DNA of 64,000 nucleotides, from positions 174-64,173 of the forward strand of contig CAXHJY010000138.1 in NCBI GenBank assembly GCA_964016885.1, written 5' to 3'. The notes beneath the pieces are model-generated. The model did no database searches. It worked only from the letters and a program-made list of their open reading frames with translations, and was not told where the DNA came from. Origin of the DNA: Eledone cirrhosa (Eukaryota). Position 1 is the stretch's first letter; each line of letters starts with the position of its first letter. A program made the position numbers and the translations under genes. Positions 57,319 to 64,000 of the stretch are shown here, in pieces.

Positions 57319-57536
57319 GTATATATATTGTGTTTAATGGTATCTATGGTGCTTCCATAGGCGGTATGCCAAAATTAGCACTCAATATTCATACAGAGTA
57401 GAGTGTGGATAGTATAAAAAAATGAAAAATCAGTGATGCATCTGGACTCAGTTTATTGCGTGTTACAATTGTTTCGCCGGCAGGTAGATCGAGACATGAT
57501 CACTGTATAGATCTGGCTGATTCGGTTTTTTTATAC

Positions 57537-57537
<1 letters not shown>

Positions 57538-57594
<57 letters not shown>

Positions 57595-57726
57595 CATGTA
57601 TATATATATATACATGTATATATATATATATATACATGTTTTTATATATATACATGTATATATATATATATATACATGTATATATATATGTATATATATA
57701 TGTATATATATATATATATGCATGTG

Positions 57727-57758
<32 letters not shown>

Positions 57759-58477
57759 CATGTATATATGTATATGTATGTATGTATATATATACATGTA
57801 TATATATGTATGTATATATATATGTATATATATACATGTATATATATATGTATGTATATATATATATATATGTATATATATACTGTATATATGTATATGT
57901 ATGTATGTATATATATACATGTATATATATGTATGTATATATATGTATATATATACATGTATATATATATGTATGTATGTATATATTTATACATGTATAT
58001 ATATGTATGTATATATATATATATGTATATATATGCATGTATATATATATATGTATATATATACATGTATATATATGTATGTATATGTATGTATATATAT
58101 ACATGTATATATATGTATGCATATATATATACATACATACATATATATATACATGATGAGTCCTTAATAGGACGAAACATTGTTGGCTAATAAAGACTTT
58201 TGATATATTGAAGGCTTCTTTGTTTTATTTTCATAATTCTTCGGCTCTGTTTAATTACATTGAGCTATACCTTTTACTGTCATTTCTATAATACGAAGAT
58301 GGTGGTTAACTCCAACACGCTCCAGTATTTTAATCCTTGTATATATATATATGTATATATATACATGTATATATATATGTATGTATGTATATATATATAT
58401 ATATATGTATATATATACATGTATATATATGTATGTATGTATATATATATATAGATGTATATATATATGTATGTATG

Positions 58478-58509
<32 letters not shown>

Positions 58510-58587
58510 CATGTATATATATATGTATGTATGTATATATATATGTATATATATATATATGTATATATATACATATATATATATATG

Positions 58588-58628
<41 letters not shown>

Positions 58629-58717
58629 ACGTATACATGTATGTATATATGTATGTATATATATATACATGTATATATATATATGTATATATATATATAT
58701 AAAAATACACGTATATA

Positions 58718-58758
<41 letters not shown>

Positions 58759-58778
58759 GTGTATATATATAAATATAC

Positions 58779-58830
<52 letters not shown>

Positions 58831-58938
58831 GTGTATATATATATATATATACACATACACATGTGTATATATATATATATATATATATACATGTGTATAT
58901 ATATATATATATACATGTGTATATATACATGTGTATAT

Positions 58939-59027
<89 letters not shown>

Positions 59028-59060
59028 ATATATATATATACACGCATGTATGCGTGTATA
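57538..59060. repeat. (TA/TACATG) microsatellite tracts with a ~190-bp unique island (58153-58338)
   Basis: Directly visible. Confidence 0.95.
58154..58190 (+). ncRNA. 5'-clipped HHR at the start of the island
   Basis: TGATGA-gtcc-ttaata-ggac-GAAA-cattgtt, then AATAAA; the C of CUGA and 5' stem I are replaced by (AT)n. Confidence 0.7.
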
Positions 59061-59616
59061 TAGACTTAACACAAAGAAGAATCTCACAGTTGTTGAAACA
59101 TTGCAATATACAAAAATTAATTAAAATAAAATTATAAGATAAAAGATAATGTGGAAAAACAATGGTTGTATTCCTGATGATAACGGGTGAAGGGAAATGT
59201 GCTGAAGAACAGTGTGTGGGACCGGGGACACCTGAGGTCTCAGCCGTGACCCGTAGAAAAGGAAGGGGTCGTTCAGGACCACGTAAACTGTGGTATTCCT
59301 CTTCTCTGTTTCGCTGGCGGTGGTGCCCGGGTTTGTGACCAAAGCGACAGAGCTAGAGGCAGAGAATGAGTGGTTGTTTGTGGGAGACTAGCCGTCACCC
59401 ATGCATGTCAGTCACCCCACGTCAACGCCATTGAGGTTTTCTAAACAAAAGGCAATGACCATAAGCCAGCTTGATACTGGTGACGTCGCAACTCATTTCT
59501 ACAGCTGGGTAAACTAGATCAGCATGAAATTAAATGTCCTACTGAAGGACAAAACGCAACACGTGGTCCAGGAATTGAACTTACAATCACACGATTGCAG
59601 GCCCAACGCTCTAACC

Positions 59617-59904
59617 CAGGTATTTCAACCTTTTTCGAAAAGCGGGCCGCATGAGATATTGCTCATCATCAGGTGGGCCGCAAGCGCTACTTTACATTCG
59701 TGCCTACATTAATAAGAAGGGCAGTAACTCAGGTTGTTTTGATTTGTGTCTTCAGAATTCGTACACGTTGTTTCCTCAATCGTAAAAATTATAAAAAGAT
59801 AAATTATGACTGAAAAGTTGGAGTAAAAAAATCAGAAAGATTTCACTTAGGTTACTTAGGCGGCCATTCAGAAAGCTTTGCTGGCTGCAGATGGCTCATG
59901 ACTG
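59617..59904. mobile_element. hAT MITE with perfect 8-bp TSD, inserted into a family B SINE (~59390-59935, minus)
   Basis: TSD ctctaacc at 59609-59616 and 59905-59912; CAG...CTG ends; gcgggccgc motifs. The central TA in the TSD is typical of Buster-type hATs. Confidence 0.85.
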
Positions 59905-60136
59905 CTCTAACCATTAAGCCATAATCCTTCACACAAGATGTAATCTAATGTTAATTGGACACAGCAGTATTATTTCAACTTACATGTAATTCATTTTATT
60001 TAATGTAATTTAATATAAATTGATTAATTCAATTTTAATCAAGTATTTCTTTTTATTCTACATGTTTATTTGTTATTTGTTAAATCAAACACTTTAACAG
60101 TCTGGTAACTATGTGTTAATCTTTTGTCATTTTCAG

Positions 60137-60212
60137 GGATTCGTAAATTCGTCAACAAACGAAATATTCCTCAATAAAGTTGACAAACCACTAACTTCAA
60201 CATACACTAAAG
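60137..60212 (+). other. Candidate 76-nt host exon (GFVNSSTNEIFLNKVDKPLTSTYTK)
   Basis: tgttaat..cttttgtcattttcag| acceptor and AG|GTAAGT consensus donor; only one frame is stop-free. Confidence 0.45.
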
Positions 60213-60329
60213 GTAAGTGAGTTTATTACAGTTATTGATATATTTGTTTACTTAGATCTCATATTGGATGTGTTATGCAAATACACGTACACGCTCACAC
60301 CCAGATGCGCACAGACATACATATATATA

Positions 60330-60480
60330 TATTTAATTAGAAAGTGTACAACACAAAATATAACTACTCCATTACCAAAGGTTTCTGGTTCACAGACGTA
60401 TATATTATTATCGTCAGTGATCCAGAAACCTTAGGTAATGGAGTAGTTATATTTTGTATTGTTCACTTTCTAATTAAATA
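60330..60480. mobile_element. Palindrome centred on a stem II-like hairpin with GAAA-cct(t/a)gg-TA in each arm
   Basis: ccattaccaaaggtttctgg-ttcacagacg..cgtcagtgatccagaaaccttaggtaatgg. Confidence 0.75.
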
Positions 60481-61358
60481 GCTCTGTTCTATGAATAGAG
60501 CACGCTTTTTTCTCTTGCTATTCCTTTGGAATTACGTAAAACACTCACGCACACACACACACACATATGTATATATGGTGGAAGGTCACTACCACGAACA
60601 ATTATAAGCTTTTTGAAAAAGTGTGATAAATGATTAAGTATTGCATATGATTAAACAATATATATAGTAGTCACTACGTGTGGACAATTATAATAAAACA
60701 AACACAAATAAGTTAAAGGCAATAAAATCGTACATTCATTTCGCGCCGAAGTCTATGGGGCCATACTTGCTTTTTCTCTCTCTCTCTCTCGTCTGCGACT
60801 TCACAGAACTTATGTTTACCGAATTCGCAGACCAGACCCCTTCTTCTTCCCCCCGTTAGACCTGTGCGAAATTCCTTCCTTGCTCACATTTCAACCAGGT
60901 TTGATGGTCTTTTGTCTCTTGTTCACGATTTCACCGAGTTTATATTCATAGAAATCTGGGACTTGTCTCTTTCTTCTCACTTTCTGTTGCTTAAACCATT
61001 TTGTTTGTTCACCCTAACGTCCCCTTTATTTACGTGTCCCAACGACTTTTTTTAGCCGTTGTTCGCACCAACCTGAGGTACATGGCCCTTAAAGCGATGA
61101 AATGCCTGGGACGGTTGGAGGGTCACTGATGAAGGACTTACTTTTTCATATATATATATATATATATATAATATATGCATATATAATATATGTATATATA
61201 ATATATATATATAATATATGTATATATAATATATGTATATATAATATATATATATATATATATAATATATGTATATATATATATAATATATATATAATAT
61301 ATATATATATATAATATATATATATAATATATATATATATAATATATATATATAATAT

Positions 61359-61401
<43 letters not shown>

Positions 61402-61679
61402 TATAATATATATATATATTATAAATATATATATAATATATATATATAATATAAATATATATATAATATATATATAATATATATATATATATAATATATA
61501 TATAATATATATATATATGATATATATATATAATATATATATATATAATATATATATATAATATATATATATAATATATATATATATATAATATATATAT
61601 AATATATATATATAATATATATATATTATATATATATAATATATATATATAATATATATATATATAATATATATATATA

Positions 61680-61791
61680 TAATTGTTTCTACTTTAGGCA
61701 CAAGGCCAGCAATCACCCAGTGCATTACTGGTACTTTATTTTATCGACCCCGTAAGGATGAAAGGCAAAGTCAACCTCGGCGGGATTTGAA
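61680..61791 (-). mobile_element. SINE family A, 5'-truncated, in (AT)n
   Basis: Consensus match. Confidence 0.88.
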
Positions 61792-61988
61792 TATATAATA
61801 TATATATATATAATATATATATATAATATATATATATATAATATATATATATATAATATATATATATAATATATGGGGTCTTATTGTTCCTATATATAAT
61901 ATATATATATATATAATATATATATATATAATATATATATATATAATATATATATATATCTAATATATAATATATATATATATAATAT

Positions 61989-62068
<80 letters not shown>

Positions 62069-62077
62069 TATGTATAT

Positions 62078-62148
<71 letters not shown>

Positions 62149-62156
62149 TATATGAG

Positions 62157-62254
<98 letters not shown>

Positions 62255-62470
62255 TGTTATATTTGGGGAGGGTCATATTTGCGTAATATTGCCAGAATTA
62301 ATAACAGAACACACTCACTGTTTGGTTGGTTTTCGCTTCTCGCTGTCTTTTATATATATATATCTGCGATCTAACTTACTCGGTCCTCAATGTTGCCATT
62401 GACTGACCGACGGTCAAAAATAATACAGATACAATATAGACAAACACATATATATATAGTTTACATAATT

Positions 62471-62513
62471 TACATAAATCTTTCGTTGCACATCTGCAAC
62501 ATCGTCAGTGGTG
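62471..62513 (-). ncRNA. HHR motif in the PLE 3' repeat
   Basis: Minus strand reads CTGACGA-t-gttgca-gatg-tgcaac-GAAA-gatt-TA; stem I weak. Confidence 0.7.
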
Positions 62514-62785
62514 TTATATTCATTGTTCCTCCTGTTGTGTTGTATGTCTACGCCATTTTTTTTTGTTCAGTCTGTCTATATATTTATTTATTTATTTGCT
62601 TGTTTGTTTATCTTATTTTATTTTGTCTTCTTTGCGCATGCGTTTGCGTGTGTGTATAGTGTTATGTGTGATGTGTGACTAGTGTGTATAGTGTTGTGTC
62701 TGCTGGGTGACTAGTGTGTGTTTATGTGCTTGTGTATGTATTTATTTATCTTATTTTATTTATTTTATTTAATTTACTTATTTAT

Positions 62786-63661
62786 TTATACTTCTCTTAG
62801 GTCAGTGTTGTTTGTTTGGGTGTTGTTGTTGTTCCACTCATTCTTTCTGTTTAGCTTTGGTCTTCTAATTTCTATTTCACTGGCCTCTCTGATTTGCCTA
62901 TCTGCTGGGTCATTCCTATGTTTAGATATTATTCTAATTTCTATGTTGTCTATGTTACCGTCATGTTGTTGTCTAGCATGTTCGTATAGTACTGTCCCGT
63001 TTTTTCGTCCTTTTAGTTCCCCCCAGTGTTGGTCTATCCTTTCACCTATGCTACGAGCTGTCTCACCTATGTATGTTGTTGTCGTGTTTCTGCAAGTACC
63101 CTCTGTACATCTAATGCTATAGACTACGTTTCTAGTTTTACAGTTTATCCGGGGGTTCACCTTACATATGATACATTTCCTATTGGTACAGTGGGTTTTC
63201 TTAAAAGGGTAGGTTTTGCTGATCAGGGATTTTATGGTGGTTCCTGGCTTTTCTACCACCATTATTTTTAAGTGGGTCTTTCTCAGGGCCTTTCTACACT
63301 GGTTAGCTAATTTCCCTCCAGGAGTGGCGTCCACAAACATGACACTCTGATATCTCTGGTTGTCGTACCATGATGTGGCCTTCCCTATCTTATGTCTAGC
63401 CCTATCTAAGCTATTCCATGATTTGCTCCTGTATAGTGGGCAAATTCCTTTCATGTCCAGTTCTATGAGGGTCTTATACTTTTCCATGGCTCCTTCGTAT
63501 ACTCCGACTCTGTCTCTTTGGTTGTAGCCAGAGAACTGCATGCGGTTGATGAAGTGTTGGATGTGTCTTTCCATTTCTGTTGGGTCGCACATGCTGGACA
63601 CATTCTTCATCACTCGTACCAAATCTGCGATCAGAATATTAAACTTAGCACTACTGGACAT
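62786..63661 (-). CDS. PLE ORF C-terminal fragment: RT thumb, CxxxxCxxC motif and GIY-YIG endonuclease
   Basis: KFNILIADLVR..SGYN; HCTNRKCIIC; NVVYSIRC...YIGETARSIGERIDQH...H...H...R.IREA.EI....P.LN. Confidence 0.88.
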   Translation of the reverse strand: MSSSAKFNILIADLVRVMKNVSSMCDPTEMERHIQHFINRMQFSGYNQRDRVGVYEGAMEKYKTLIELDMKGICPLYRSKSWNSLDRARHKIGKATSWYDNQRYQSVMFVDATPGGKLANQCRKALRKTHLKIMVVEKPGTTIKSLISKTYPFKKTHCTNRKCIICKVNPRINCKTRNVVYSIRCTEGTCRNTTTTYIGETARSIGERIDQHWGELKGRKNGTVLYEHARQQHDGNIDNIEIRIISKHRNDPADRQIREASEIEIRRPKLNRKNEWNNNNTQTNNTDLREV

Positions 63662-63729
63662 TGCTGAGTTTTTGAGTATCAGGTATTTGGATATATATAT
63701 ATATTATGTATATATATATAATATATATA

Positions 63730-63772
<43 letters not shown>

Positions 63773-63795
63773 ATATATATATAAATATAATATAT

Positions 63796-63840
<45 letters not shown>

Positions 63841-63880
63841 TATATATTATATATATATATTATATATATATATTATAAAT

Positions 63881-63911
<31 letters not shown>

Positions 63912-63920
63912 ATATATATA

Positions 63921-64000
<80 letters not shown>

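Larger units (their letters stand above)
62255..63690 (-). mobile_element. 5'-truncated Penelope-like element (Neptune-type) embedded in (AT)n
   Basis: ORF with RT thumb, Cys motif and GIY-YIG, followed by a 3' non-coding region with an HHR. The terminus ...gaccctccccaaatataac resembles 57095-57125. Confidence 0.85.

Noticed and set aside
59173-59210. CTGATGA at 59174 (and at 61126) as HHRs
   Set aside because: No convincing stem II/GAAA/stem I at 59174. 61126 (CTGATGAaggac) is cut off by (AT)n, so it cannot be confirmed.

Overview
AT-rich, microsatellite-saturated eukaryotic (animal) intronic/intergenic DNA. The SINE families and huge (AT)n tracts resemble octopus/cephalopod genomes, which is an inference. 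Most long ORFs in the track are microsatellite artefacts. The real coding content is transposable elements: (1) a head-to-tail array of three Tx1/L1-clade non-LTR retrotransposons (minus strand, ~28.4-39.1 kb), each bounded by (GATA)n, two with an open APE-RT-zf ORF2 and one full length with ORF1; (2) a Penelope-like (PLE) RT-thumb/GIY-YIG fragment at ~62.3-63.7 kb; (3) a decayed Buster/Charlie-type hAT transposon and two hAT MITEs with 8-bp TSDs; (4) CR1-, RTE- and R4/Dong-type LINE fragments; (5) many copies of two tRNA-headed SINE families. The most striking hidden signal is a dense, diverse population (about 20 by eye, roughly a dozen unrelated-looking families) of type I hammerhead ribozyme (HHR) motifs (CUGANGA..GAAA..NUH). 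They sit in short non-coding elements embedded in (AT)n, usually as fold-back palindromes. Several palindromes are centred on the HHR stem II hairpin, some HHRs have very long stem II inserts, one pair is in tandem, and one lies just downstream of the PLE ORF, which points to PLE-driven mobilisation. Two possible host exons are noted with low confidence. All coordinates were read by eye and may be off by a few bases.
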